Assembly (NCBI GenBank): GCA_951406725.2
Contig: OX597827.1
Span: 9,858,001-9,922,000 of the forward strand
DNA length: 64,000 nucleotides
Origin: Octopus vulgaris
Lineage: Eukaryota
Reading direction: 5' to 3'
The notes under the pieces were generated by a model. It was not told the origin of the DNA and made no database searches. It worked only from the letters and a program-made list of their open reading frames with translations. The position numbers and the translations under genes are program-made. This document shows positions 28,901 through 42,033 of the stretch, piece by piece. The stretch's first letter is position 1, and each line of letters begins with the position of its first letter.

Positions 28901-29077
28901 TCTCTCTCTTTCACACACACACTCTCTCTCTTTCACACACACACTCTTTCTTTCTCTCTCTCTTTCATACACACACACACAGACACTCTCTCTCTCTCTC
29001 TCACACACACACTCTTTCTCTCTTTCACACACACACACACTCTCTCTCTCCCTCTCTCTTTCACACACACGCACGCG

Positions 29078-29110
<33 letters not shown>

Positions 29111-29143
29111 TCTCTTTCTCTTTCTTTCTTTCTCTCTCTCTCT
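28810..29143. repeat. Alternating (CA)n/(CT)n array
   Basis: Read directly from the sequence. Confidence 0.95.
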
Positions 29144-29803
29144 CGCAATCGCCTCAGAAAGAAACCTTATCTTCTCACGCATAAAGACAGACATGCATCG
29201 AATCCCCAAAAACAACATACACGCAAAGTCCACAAACACCAATGCACATTTGCTTACACCCACACACACCTACGCCTACATCCACACAACACAAATAATT
29301 CCATAAATAATTCCATAAACATCAGTAGACATTTAAACAAAGTTCTTAAAGTTCTAAGGTCTTAAAGGTCTAAGGGAAATAACTCATGTCGTTTTTGGCA
29401 GACAATGGAGCTGCGCGTGTTTTAAACCAGACGACAGTCGTTTTATCGTCTGCTCGTTTCAGTCATTAAACTGTGGCCATGCTGAGGCACCGTAATGAAG
29501 GGTTTAGGACAAACAAATCGACCTCAGTGCTTATCTTTGAAAATCTGGTAGTTATTTTATCAACTTGTTTTGTTGAACTGCTAAGTTACGGTGGTGGTGG
29601 GGGTGGTGTAATCAAATCAACGCCAGTCGTCAAGAAGTTGGTGACAAGGGACAAACACAGACACAGTGGTACACATAAATACATACACATGATACATGCA
29701 CACACACACACACACACGCATATATATATATATATATATATATATTAGTTATCACCATACTAATATGGCATTCTATGCCGTTGTTCTATATATATACTTA
29801 GTA

Positions 29804-30160
<357 letters not shown>

Positions 30161-30501
30161 AGCAGAATAAAATAATAAAACACAAAAATTTTTCACCTAA
30201 AATATTTTTCTGCATCTTAATTTCCAAAGTATATAGCACAGATATACTAAACAATAACATAAAAAAACAAGAATGTTTTTGTTCCCCGTGAGTGTTGGGA
30301 TACCTAATTTGAAATTCTGTTCATATTTTTCAGCTTGATCCTCATTTTATGCTGCTGAAAATGCCTTTGGTAGTCTAATTTTGCAGTAAGACCTAACATA
30401 CAAAGACTAAACGTATAAAGAAGACACTATTTTCTGTGTCATATACTTAATGTATGTGTATTGCTAAATGCTTTTAGGTTGCAATATTTCCACCAGACAA
30501 A

Positions 30502-31160
30502 GGTGGCGAGCTGGCAGAAACGTTAGCACAGCGGGCAAAATGCTTACCGGTATTTCGTCTGCCACTACATTCTGAGTTCAAATTCCGCCAAGGTCAACTT
30601 TGCTTTTCATCCTTTTGGGGGTTGATTAAATAAGTACCAGTTATGCACTGGGGTCGATATAATCGACTTAATCTGTTTGTCTATCCTTGTTTGTCCTCTT
30701 TGTGTGTAGCCCCTTGTGGGCAGTAAAGAAATAGGTATTTTGTCTGTTTTTACATTTTGTGTTATGTTTTGAGTTTACGTTTTGAGTTCAAATTCCAACG
30801 AGGTCAACTTTACCTTTCATCCTTTTGGAGTTGATAAATTAAGTAACAATTGCGTACTGGGGTCGATCTAATCGACTGGTCCCCTCCCCAAAAATTTCAG
30901 GCCTTGTGCCTAGAGTAGAAGAGAATATTTCATCCAGAGAAAGAAATATGGTAAGCAGGCAGAATCATTAGCATGCCGGGTGAAATGCTTAGTGGTAGTT
31001 TGTCTGTCTTGAAGTTCTGAGTTCAAATTCCGTCAAGGTTGACTTTGCCTTTCATCCTTTCGGGGTCAATAAATTAAGTACCTGTTATGTATTGGGGTTG
31101 ACCTAATCAACTAACTCCCATCCCAAAAATTTCGGGCCTTGTGCATAGAACAGAAAAGAA
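30502..31160 (+). mobile_element. SINE B dimer (30502-30923) plus a further B monomer (30950-31160)
   Basis: Three B cores; an aatatttc..ccaga.aa target motif recurs at 30483, 30924 and 31164. Confidence 0.85.
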
Positions 31161-31291
31161 ACAAATATTTCTTCCAGAGAAGGTCCCATTAATTACATAC
31201 TATATTACTTCAAAGCCAGATGAAACAAATAATAATAACGACAGGTATTGATATTTTGCTGTTATTTCAGCTCATTAGTGGTGTAAACATG

Positions 31292-31620
31292 AAGGTGCGT
31301 GGCTTAGTGGTTAGGGGCACTCGGCTCATGATCGTAAGGTCGTGAGTTCAATTCCTGGAGGGCGTGTTGTGTCCTTGAGCAAGACACCTTATTTTCACGT
31401 TGCTCCAGTCCACTCAGCTGGCAAAAATGAGTAGTACCTGTATTTCAAAGGGCCAGCCTTGTCACACTCTGCGTCACACTGAATCTCCCCGAGAACTATG
31501 TTAAGGGTACACATGTCTGTGGAGTGCTCAGCCACTTGCACGTTAATTTCACGATTAAGCTGTTCCGTTGATTGGATTAGCTGGGACCCTCGTCATCGCA
31601 ACCGACGGAGTGCACCTCTA
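31292..31620 (+). mobile_element. tRNA-derived SINE E, full length
   Basis: tggcttagtggtt A box, gagttcaattcc B box, tgtgtccttgagcaagacac core; flanked by ggtgtaaac(a/t)tg. Confidence 0.85.
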
Positions 31621-31852
31621 AGGTGTAAACTTGGTTCACCTTTGAGATGAATTCAAACTGCTGGCCCGAAGTATACACAGATTGCATAAAATCTCCCGAT
31701 GTGCAACTGCACTATACATGTAAAACAAAATTCAACTTTTGAGTTAGAAGCAGACTCACAATGTAAACATTATAAAAGTTACATACATAATGTATGTGTG
31801 CTGTTAAACGCTTTTAGAATTGTTACTACAGTGGACAAAATGCTAAGCAGCA

Positions 31853-32267
31853 TTTTACTCTTTACTCTTTACTCTTTTACATGTTTCAGTCATTTGACTG
31901 CGGCCATGCTGGAGCACCGCCTTTAGTCGAGCAAATCGACCCCGGGACTTATTCTTTGTAAGCCCAGTACTTATTCTATCGGTCTCTTTTTGCCGAACCG
32001 CTAAGTGACGGGGACGTAAACACACCAGCATCGGTTGTCAAGCAATGCTAGAGGTACAAACACAGACACACAAACACATACACATACACATACATACATA
32101 TATACGACAGGCTTCTTTCAGTTTCCGTCTACCAAATCCACTCACAAAGCATTGGTCGGCCCGGGGCTATAGCAGAAGACACTAGCCCAAGATGCCATGC
32201 AGTGGGACTGAACCCAGAACCATGTGGTTGGTTAGCAAGCTACTTACCACACAGCCACTCCTGCGCC
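31853..32267 (-). mobile_element. SINE A inserted into a SINE B
   Basis: B head (aaaatgctaagcagcattt) on the left; B body resumes at 32270. Confidence 0.9.
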
Positions 32268-32269
32268 TC

Positions 32270-32533
32270 TTTCCGTTCTTTACATTCTAAGTTCAAATGT
32301 TGCCAGGGTAGATTTTGCTTTTCATTATTTTGGGGTCGATGAAATGAGTACCAGTTGAGTACTGGGATCGATGTAACTGACTAAAACCCTCCCCAAAATT
32401 TCCAGGCTTTATGCCTGAAAAGATTCTTGTTGTTGTTGTTGTTTTTGTTGTTGCTGTTGCTGCATCATCATCATCGTCGTCATCATCATCATCGTCGTCA
32501 TCATCATCATCATCATCATTATTATCATCATCA

Positions 32534-32571
<38 letters not shown>

Positions 32572-33000
32572 GGAGGCAGTGAGAAGGCAAATGCTTAGCA
32601 ATATTTCATCCGTCTTCACGCACTGAGTTCAAATTTCGCCAAGTTCAGCTTTGCCTTTCATTCTTTTGGGGTTGATAAATTAAGCACCAGTGAAACACTG
32701 GGGTCGATGTAATCGACTAGTCTCCTCTCCACAAATTTCAGGCCTTGTGACTTTGGTAGAAAGGATTCTTATTATAATAGTTCAGGCAGTGAGCTGGTAG
32801 AATCATTGGTATGAAGGGAGAAAAGCTTAGCAGCATTTCATTTGTCTTCACCTTCTGAGTTCAAATGCTGCCAGGGTTCACTTTGCCTTTTACTCTTTCA
32901 GGGTCAATAAAATAAGTACCAGTTGAGTCCTGGAGTTGATGTAATCAATTTTGTCCCCTCGCCCCAAATTTCAGGCCTTGTCCTATAGTAGAAAGGATTA
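32270..33000 (+). mobile_element. Three SINE B copies separated by trinucleotide repeats
   Basis: gttcaaat..ttgc(c/t)tt..ggg(t)(c/t)(g/a)at..aatttc(c)aggc at ~32290, ~32625 and ~32857. Confidence 0.8.
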
Positions 33001-33035
33001 TCCTTATTGTTGTTGTTCTTGGTAGTAGTAACAGC

Positions 33036-33098
<63 letters not shown>

Positions 33099-33424
33099 TC
33101 TGTTCTCAACAACCCTTCTCACAACTTTGTCTGGCCTAGATTACTTCTGTAAGCTGTAGCCACACAGCCATGTCTTTCTACTCTGCTCCAACAAAAATTT
33201 TATATTTTATAGCCTTGTGGCAAATGTTAGAAATCAATATGTAAACATGCTTAATATTAAACATGGAAAACAAAAGAAAAAACTCAAAAAAAAAACAGAT
33301 AGGTTTATTGGAAACATAAACAATCTTGAAGTTATTCAACTGAAACGGTAGATCAGATTTAAAATGGGTCTCTGTCATTCTTTCATTAGTTTTAGTGATT
33401 GAACTAGGACCATGCTAGGGCACC

Positions 33425-33430
33425 ATATCC

Positions 33431-33511
<81 letters not shown>

Positions 33512-33552
33512 CCTATCTACCTATCTATATACCTACCTACCTACCTACCTAC

Positions 33553-33602
<50 letters not shown>

Positions 33603-33673
33603 CTCTATCTATCTATATCTATCTATATCTATCTATCTTTCGATCTATCTATCTATCTAGCTATCTATATCTA

Positions 33674-33727
<54 letters not shown>

Positions 33728-33768
33728 CCCTTCTATCAATATAATTATCTATCTATCTATCTATTTAT

Positions 33769-33825
<57 letters not shown>

Positions 33826-33980
33826 GATCTGTCTATCTATCTATCTATCCATCTATCTATATCTATCTATCTAACTCTCTATTATATCTCTCTCTATCTC
33901 TCTCTCTATCTCTCTATCTCTCTATCTATCTATTTATCTATCTATCTATCTGCCTATCTGCCTGTCTGTCTGTCTGTCTA
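33425..33980. repeat. (TATC)n array
   Basis: Read directly from the sequence. Confidence 0.95.
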
Positions 33981-34917
33981 TATCTCTTGTTCTCTTTCTA
34001 TAATATTCATATGCATATCGATTATATGCTATCCAAAATGGAGGTGAACACAGTTCCTCCTTGTGAGCAGCTTGAATAATTGTTAAGATATTAAGATATT
34101 TTTCTCAACATGAAACCCATGGTAGACTTAATATACAAATAAAGAAATTTTATCCACCAATGCAGTGTTGAGTACTCATTCTTGTTGCTCATCATTTACA
34201 TATATACATATATCATTATCATCATCATCATCTTCATCATATATATACTCACACACGTATATATGTATGTATACACACACATATATATTATATAAACATA
34301 TATGCATGCATCTAAGGCAGATACATCTATCTTTCTATCTATAATTTATATATATATATATAAAATAATATGTTACAATTACTCAATAGTCAAGATAAAA
34401 CTCTGAGTTTCAGATGCCAAAGTGGAAATCCACAACACCATCTCTTCGGTTATCTGGCCATCTGAAAAACGCTATGAAAAAATACCGTTATATAAAGGGA
34501 AATTACTGCGTTATAATTCTGCTACTTATATAAATTAAGATTAAAAGTTCATAGTAAACACATAAACATGGCTAGTCATACGCTCACATGTGCACTCGCA
34601 GACCCACGTGCATACTTATATGTCACTTTGAAAACATACACATCTTCACTTGCATTATATATATACATAGGCAGAAGAGTGGCTATGTGGTAAGGACCTT
34701 TCTTCCCAACCACATGGTTCAGAGTTCAGTCCTATGGCATATCACCTTGGGCAAGTCCCTTCTAATGTTGCCTTGGGTTGACCAAAAGCCTTGTAAGTGA
34801 AATTTGGTAGACAGAAACTAAAAGAAGCTATTTAAGAAAGAAAGGATGATTTGCATTTGCATTTTGCCAAGTATTTCACTTCCAGTCACTATAATATAAT
34901 ATATTAATTTATTTTAA

Positions 34918-35138
34918 TATTTCTTTACTGCCCACAAGGGGCTAAACATAGAGGGGACAAACAAGGGACAAAGTCGATTACATCGACCCCAGTGCGAAAT
35001 TGGTACTTTATTTATCGACCCCCGAAAGGATGAAATGCAAAGTCGACCTCAGTGGAATTTGAACTCAAAAAGTAACGACAGACAAAATACCGCTAAGCAT
35101 TTCGCCCGGCGTGCTAACGTTTCCGCCAGCTCGCCGCC
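34918..35138 (-). mobile_element. SINE B, full length
   Basis: Matches the family consensus; attttaa on both sides. Confidence 0.9.
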
Positions 35139-35695
35139 TCATATTTTAAAGTTCCCCTCACCTAATCACTTTATATTTCTCTCTTTCTCTCGGCCTCTCC
35201 AACAAACTTTTTAATCATGTAATTCCCATCTTTATGTCTTTAACATTTCTCTCTTTCTCTTCCCCTCTCACTTCCACTAAATCTCTCTCTCTCTCTCTTA
35301 ACATAACTGCCTCCCCTGCTCATCTCTCTTTATGGGCTTTTCTTTAACCTCACCACCAGAACATTACCCTCTGCTAGATATTGTACCCTAAACATATCTC
35401 TTTCTCTTTACCTTTCCCTCCCCAACCAACAGGATGTCATTAATGCTACTCTCTCTCTCTTTTTCTCTCACTGTTTTTTTCTTTCACTCTTTACTTCTCT
35501 CTCCAACTAACCACATGATGCATTTGGTCTTATACCTTCCTCTACTTCTTCTTCACTCCTTTCTTCTCTACTCATACTCCTCACCACTCCCCCTCTTTTT
35601 CTTACACACACTTTTACTCCACTTCTCACTCACTCCTTCTCCACCTCTCTAACTAACTAAAGTATAAAGGGGGAAAGAAAAAGCAGAGAGTGTGC

Positions 35696-35749
<54 letters not shown>

Positions 35750-35759
35750 ATATATGTAT

Positions 35760-35985
35760 AAAATTAATCCAAACAAGAAAGCACAAAAAAACACAACAAT
35801 GCGAGGACGTGGAACAAATATAGTATTATTGGACGCTCAGGAAAGAAGGAAAGAAGGAAAGAAGGAGGGTTTAACGTTTCGAGCGGAGCTCTTCGTCGGA
35901 AACATAGGAGAAGGAAAGATCCAGAGAGGGAAGACAGAGGAAAAAAAAATCGCCAACGGTACACACGAGGTCACATTTTGAAGTA
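35760..35985 (-). mobile_element. TA-adjacent element with hammerhead-like motif (35869-35903)
   Basis: Reverse strand gttt-CCGACGA-a-GAGC tcc GCTC-GAAAC-GTT-aaac; shares gtatt..acgctcaggaa with 17110-17293. Confidence 0.6.
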
Positions 35986-36427
35986 CATACATATTTATAC
36001 ACACAGATACACATGTAAAAATCATCACTAATCGGTAGTACAAGAGAAATGAATAAAGTTGAAAAATGCACAAAACATATAAAGATTTATTTTAATTGTT
36101 ATATATACATATATATATAGAGATAGAGAGATAGATACACACATATGTACAACACAAACACACATATGCACACACACATGCATACACACACACACACACG
36201 CACACGCACACACTTAACTGGTTTTACATTTGACTTTCAAAAGTGTGTGAAGCTGTCTCAAATGGTATCATTTCTGGTTGTTGTTTCTCATATGTTATGT
36301 GCCACTGGCATGGTAACCTTCATGAGTGCCTCCATGAGGCCCAGTGCTTGAACGGCGCTTATTATGTGCCTCCTGGATGGGTGCCAGTCACACAGCACTG
36401 ACACTGAAGATGGCACAGGCATTTGTG

Positions 36428-36722
36428 AGTGTGTGTGGGGGGAGAGAGAGAGTGTGTGTGTGTGTGGGAGAGAGAGAGAGAGAGTGTGTGTGTGTGTGTG
36501 GGAGAGAGAGTGTGTGTATGTGTGAGAGAGAGAGAGAGAGTGTGTGTATGTGTGTGTGTGGGAGAGAGAGAGAGTGTGTATGTGTGGGAGAGAGAGAGAG
36601 TGTGTGTGTGGGAGAGAGAGAGAAAGTTAGAGAGAGAGAGAGAGAGTGTATGTGTGGGAGAGAGAGAGAGAGTGTGTATGTGTGGGAGAGAGAGAGAGAG
36701 TGTGTGTGTGTGTGTGTGTGTG
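36428..36722. repeat. Alternating (GA)n/(GT)n array
   Basis: Read directly from the sequence. Confidence 0.95.
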
Positions 36723-37970
36723 ATGGACCTCCACAGTACAGATACCAGAATGTCATGATTTCAGAATGAGGCAATGATAGAGGACCCTTGTCTAAGGTGC
36801 TATGCAAAGGATTTGAGCCATGGAACCATGTCATTGCAGAGTGAATTTATTACCTACACACCTCCGACTGCACCACCCTATAGCCTGTACCACAGTTGGA
36901 ATAACTCTGGATGTGCACATGTGTGATATGGCTATTGCATATGTTCAGATGTGTGTTTGAGTGTGTGTGAATAAGCATATAAATAGATAAGATGTCTATG
37001 CGTGTGTATATGTATACACACACACTCACATATATAAATGTGTACGTATAAAGATGTTTGGGCATACGTGTGTGTATGTCATTGTGCATGCGTACCACAA
37101 TACAGAAACCACAATCTTATACAATACAAGCCGTGTGAATAACCATGTTTGACCTTCATCCGACATAACCCAAGTTAGCTTTTTAAAATCATCTTTTAAG
37201 CGAGATAAAAGCTAACTTGAGATATATGTTATCCTTAGCACCACCCAAAATACTTCTTTATTGCAAAATCAATTCCTAAATTCAATTCTTCAAATACAAG
37301 CTTACAAGATCAAGTCTCCATTCATATATTCTATGTGTGTTGGAACCAATACATCAATAAAATTCACGATAACAAGAAATGTCATTCCGTAGAAAGCTGT
37401 AGAAATTCTTTGAAAATTCAGAATTCTTTTTTTCTTCAATTTTTCCACACATTATCACTTTTTCACAATTATACAGATATTGTATGCGTTAATCTCAACC
37501 AAAATTATTTTCTGTGTGACTCCATCAGATCCAGTCAATGAGTACATAAGAAACCTAACTGCCTGAAGACGGGGAAGAAAAACTCTGAATAGTGACTCAT
37601 GAGAAGACAGCATCGAATAACTAAAACACACACACACACACACACATGAACACACACGTATATACATAATATATAAATGTGTGTGTGTGTGTGTATAGTA
37701 ATAATATTAATCCAAGGGTGGAATTTATAAATATATTAACGTATTACCATGCATATTTCCACAAATCTCATATTTTTCATGATCATAATCCACATTCCTG
37801 TTGCAATTTGGAATGATCAGGCTACAGTTGACATTATAACTAAAGCTTTTATGTGCATTCTCAAAAGTGTTTCCCATACACAAACTTGAAGGATGTATAT
37901 AATATGCATATCATATATACCTATACATAAATATCTATATGTATATAAGTATATATATATATATATATAT

Positions 37971-38032
<62 letters not shown>

Positions 38033-38039
38033 CACTACA

Positions 38040-38207
38040 TATTTTTTTTAGTTTCTCTCCTGGTTTATTTCTGTGTTCCTTTCTGTGGAAGAGCATAGGC
38101 TCGAAACGTTAAAGACTTTTCCACTTCCCCAGCGTTAAACTAATACATCTGTTTGTTGTCTATACCACCTGTCTTTATCTTTTGTTTTTTTTTGTGAATT
38201 CTCCCCC

Positions 38208-38208
<1 letters not shown>
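38040..38208 (+). mobile_element. Short TA-embedded element with hammerhead-like motif (38079-38114)
   Basis: cttt-CTGTGGA-a-GAGC atag GCTC-GAAAC-GTT-aaag; inverted homolog of 17110-17293. Confidence 0.6.
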
Positions 38209-38242
<34 letters not shown>

Positions 38243-38364
38243 GTATGTATGTATGCATGTATGTGTGTATATATATATATATATGTATGTATGCACATAT
38301 GTGAAAACATGTGTTTACACATACATATATATGTATACACATACAGTCACGCAAGTGCATGCAT

Positions 38365-38397
<33 letters not shown>

Positions 38398-38937
38398 TGG
38401 ACAAACAGAAGAAAGAGCCACTCAACGAATTTGCTGGGAATTACATGTATTTTTAATAACAGTTTAACTCGGCTCCATTTGACTTAAAAGAGACATTTCC
38501 TGATATGTGACAAGGTGGACATATCCTATGTGTCAATGAAACTTTAATTCATATGCTGCTCAGTCAAACTATTACTATATATGTGCATATGTGTGTGTGT
38601 GTGCATGTAAACACTCACATATATGTGTGTATATATATACATATATACACATATACATAGGACACTGAACCTTATGGAGGAGATGACAAGGGACCAAGAT
38701 ATCTGGTGACTTACTGTACTCAAGAAAACCTGTCCTCCACGGCAGAAGAGTAACTGCTGTCCCCCCCCCCCCCCTGCAGTGGGATTTGAACTCAGAACGG
38801 AAAGCTGCAAAAAATGCCACTAAAGGACGTCGATGCCAATGCTGCCACCACCGCTGCCAATGCTGCTGCTGCTGCCCATGATGGCAACAACAATGACGAT
38901 GATGACGGCAATGATGACAATGACAATGATGACAGCA

Positions 38938-39350
38938 ATCATCATCATCATCATCATTTAACGTCCGCTTTCCATGCTGGCATGGGTTGGACGGTTCAAC
39001 TGGGGTCTGGGAAGCCAGAAGGCTGCGCCAGGCTCCAATCTGATTTGGCAGTGTTTCTACAGCTGGATGCCCTTCCAAACGACAACCACTCCGTGAGTGT
39101 AGTGGGTGCTTTTTAAGTGCCACCGGCACAGGTGCCAGGGGAGGTTGGCAAACGGCCATGATCGGATGGTGCTTTTTACGTGCCACCGGCACGGGGACCA
39201 GACGAAGCTGGCAACGGCCACGGTCGGATGGTGCTTTTTACATGCCACCGGCACAGGTGCCAGACGAGGCTGGCAAACGGCCACGATTGGATGGTGTTTT
39301 TTACGTGCCACCGGCACTGGTATCACAGCTACAAATTCCATTGATGTTGA
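38938..39350 (-). mobile_element. Family C (RTE 3' UTR) copy with four ~63-bp units
   Basis: ggtgctttttacgtgccaccggcac variants at 39105, 39168, 39230 and 39293. Confidence 0.88.
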
Positions 39351-39671
39351 TAGATTGATTATAATAACAAACTTATTGATTACAGTGTTCTGGTGAACTG
39401 CAACTCACTGGAAAGGATAAGAGAGGACACAGAAAGCAATAATGTCAAGTAAAGAAGGTCAGCAATGAAAGCCAAAAGTCCATGCATAATACACAAGATA
39501 GAGTACAATAAGATAGAAAAGTGAGTAGCAAAAAGAGCTATACAGAGAACAGGGTACTCAGACATGTCTGCAGTTGTTGTGGGTGAAGGTTGTGAAGCTT
39601 GGAAGTTTTGAAAGATGGAGTGTCCTGAAAGTTAGTAACTAATACAAAAGTTAGTAACTAATACAAACTAA

Positions 39672-40004
39672 TACAACATCATAAGCGGAATGTGTAACCT
39701 CTCGAAAGAGCTGTTCTTCACTCCTGCTCCAGAGCGTCGGCTGCGGGGTCATTCCGAAAAGCTCTATCTGTGACGATTTCATCTCAATTGAAGGAGAGGG
39801 GCTTTCTCCGTCCGGGTTGCGGATCCATGGAATAAGCTGCCGGACGAGATAGTGAAGATGCCGACAACTGCTCGGTTCAAAGTCTCCTTTGACCACAAGT
39901 GGCCTGAACTCTTTACATGAACACCACCCTGTACATAACTCCATGTCCCCCTAAATGGCCTTGCTTTTTGCTTTTTGAGCCAAAATTAACTAACTAACTA
40001 ACTA
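39672..40004 (+). mobile_element. CR1-clade LINE 3' end with (TAAC)n tail
   Basis: YNIISGMCNLSKELFFTPAPERRLRGHSEKLYL*RFHLN*RRGAFSVRVADPWNKLPDEIVKMPTTARFKVSFDHKWPELFT* has the RGHS.KL and FS.RV...WN.LP motifs. Confidence 0.88.
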
Positions 40005-40364
40005 GTTTATTCTATGCTTTGAGAATTTTGAGTGTTAAAAATAATGTTTCTGAAAGTTATGCGTGCTGTGTTGTGTTCATGATTTTTATATGATTTTATA
40101 AGTATTCCAGATGTTCAATAAAAAATAACTACACAATTTATTATTGTGTAAGTGGCTATGCACTCCATAGTTGCTTGTGGAATTAATTCTTTTGTTAGTA
40201 TGCTTCTAATAAAGTACTCTACCTTTGTATAAATTAGTCTTGAAATTAATATAAAATTTAGTAAGATAATTTTGTCATTATGAAACTGGTAATTGGATCA
40301 TAAATTAACATGAAGTTTGGATGAAAATTTTTAGATCATTCTAAAATTAAAAAAAGTTTTTATG

Positions 40365-40670
40365 AGTAAGTCTGGAAACAAGGCAAGAAGCCATCCAGTA
40401 TAAAGAACTATGAAGAAGAAGGAATTAAGATGATAGGAATGAAAAAATTATCATGGATTGAAGAAAGTTCCAAAATTTGGTAGTATGAAGGAAAAAGCTA
40501 CAACGCAGAAAAACTTCCTTATTCATGGAAGTGCAACAGTATTTTGATGAAGATCCTGTGAGCTTTGAGTCAGAGGAGATGGCATAAAGGGATCTGGAAC
40601 TAAGAGAATAAGTTCATCAGAGCAATTCCTGTGGCAATTATGATAGAAAAAGATTAGGAATGGTGGTATC
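40365..40670 (-). mobile_element. Degenerate CR1/Zenon-like LINE ORF2 C-terminus inside an old MITE-like repeat
   Basis: FFYHNCHRNCSDELILLVPDP..HQNTVALP*, then after a frameshift SFFLHTTKFWN. The host repeat (40210-40730) resembles 18925-19255. Confidence 0.6.
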
Positions 40671-40744
40671 CTAAGTTTGTATCATAGAATCAGGGATGTC
40701 TTAGGAATATTGGTATCAAGGGGGTAATATAATCCTTAGAGACA

Positions 40745-41200
40745 AGGCGATGAGCTGAAAGAATCATTAGTATGCCAGGCAAAATGCTTAGCAGTATTTC
40801 ACCTGTCTTCGTGTTCTGAGTTCAAATTTTGCTGTGATTGACTTTGCCTTTCATCCTTTCAGGGTTGCTAAAATAAGTACCAGTTGATCACTGTAGTCAA
40901 GGTAATTGACTTAGCCCCTTCCCTGAAATAGGTGGCCTTGTGCCAAAATTTGAAATCAATATTAATATTTATCAGTTCACTTTCAGGCAGCAAGATGGCA
41001 GAATCGTTAGCATGCTGGATGAAAATGCTTTGCAGTATTTCATCTGTCTTTATGTTCTGAGTTCAAATTTCACTGAAATCAACTTTGCTTTTTATTCCTT
41101 CGGGGTTGATAAATTAAGTCGCAGCGGATCACTGCAGTTGATGTAGTTGAATTAGACCCTTTCCAAAAATTGATAGCCTTGTGCCAAAATCTGAAACCAG
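40745..41200 (+). mobile_element. Two tandem SINE B copies
   Basis: Two gttctgagttcaaatt..cattcc/catcctttc..gccttgtgccaaaat units. Confidence 0.8.
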
Positions 41201-41710
41201 TGTAAACATCTGAGTAACCACAACAACACTTGTGTGGTAAACCTGGCTGTTTGAATGACATATATTGTCTACCTGACCAGCTTTTACAGTTTTAATGTAA
41301 CCAGTTTTATTTACAAGGTCTTGGTTGACCTGGACACTTGTAGAAGATAAGTTGCCCTATGTACCATGCACTGGGATTGAACCTGCATCTGCATTGAACC
41401 TGCAAACCTCTCAGCCATTCAGCCACACTTGTAGACATATATGAGCATGCATAAATATGTGTGTTTCATTATATACTTGCATATAAGCTTATATACATGC
41501 ATACATGTATATGTATATACAACCAAAAATATAAGGAAACAAAAATATATATAGATCATTATATATATGTATGTATAAATATATATACATATGTATATCT
41601 ATCTATCTATCTATCCATCTATCTTTGTATATCAATATCTATATCAATATATAACCTCCCAAATAATAAGTCACTCATATTATTTTATATCTATCTATAC
41701 ACACACCATA

Positions 41711-41743
<33 letters not shown>

Positions 41744-41824
41744 GTATGTATATATATGTATATATATATATATATATACATATATAATATATACTTACAT
41801 ACATATACACACACACATATACAC

Positions 41825-41869
<45 letters not shown>

Positions 41870-41992
41870 ATATGTATATACATATATAATATATACTTAC
41901 ACACACACACATATGGACACATGCAACACATAAACATGCACACAAACAAACACACATTCCTTATATATCTTTATATATTTGTGTGCAGCAAT

Positions 41993-42033
<41 letters not shown>

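Noticed and set aside
31292-31365. tRNA gene
   Set aside because: A and B boxes are present, but there is no acceptor stem and it continues into a SINE body.
37455-37625. Possible minus-strand exon after (tg)n-ttttag
   Set aside because: Short, no recognisable protein, and no donor site identified.
39105-39317. CRISPR-like repeat-spacer pattern with palindromic repeats
   Set aside because: The spacers resemble each other, there are no cas genes, the context is eukaryotic, and the array lies in an RTE 3' UTR.
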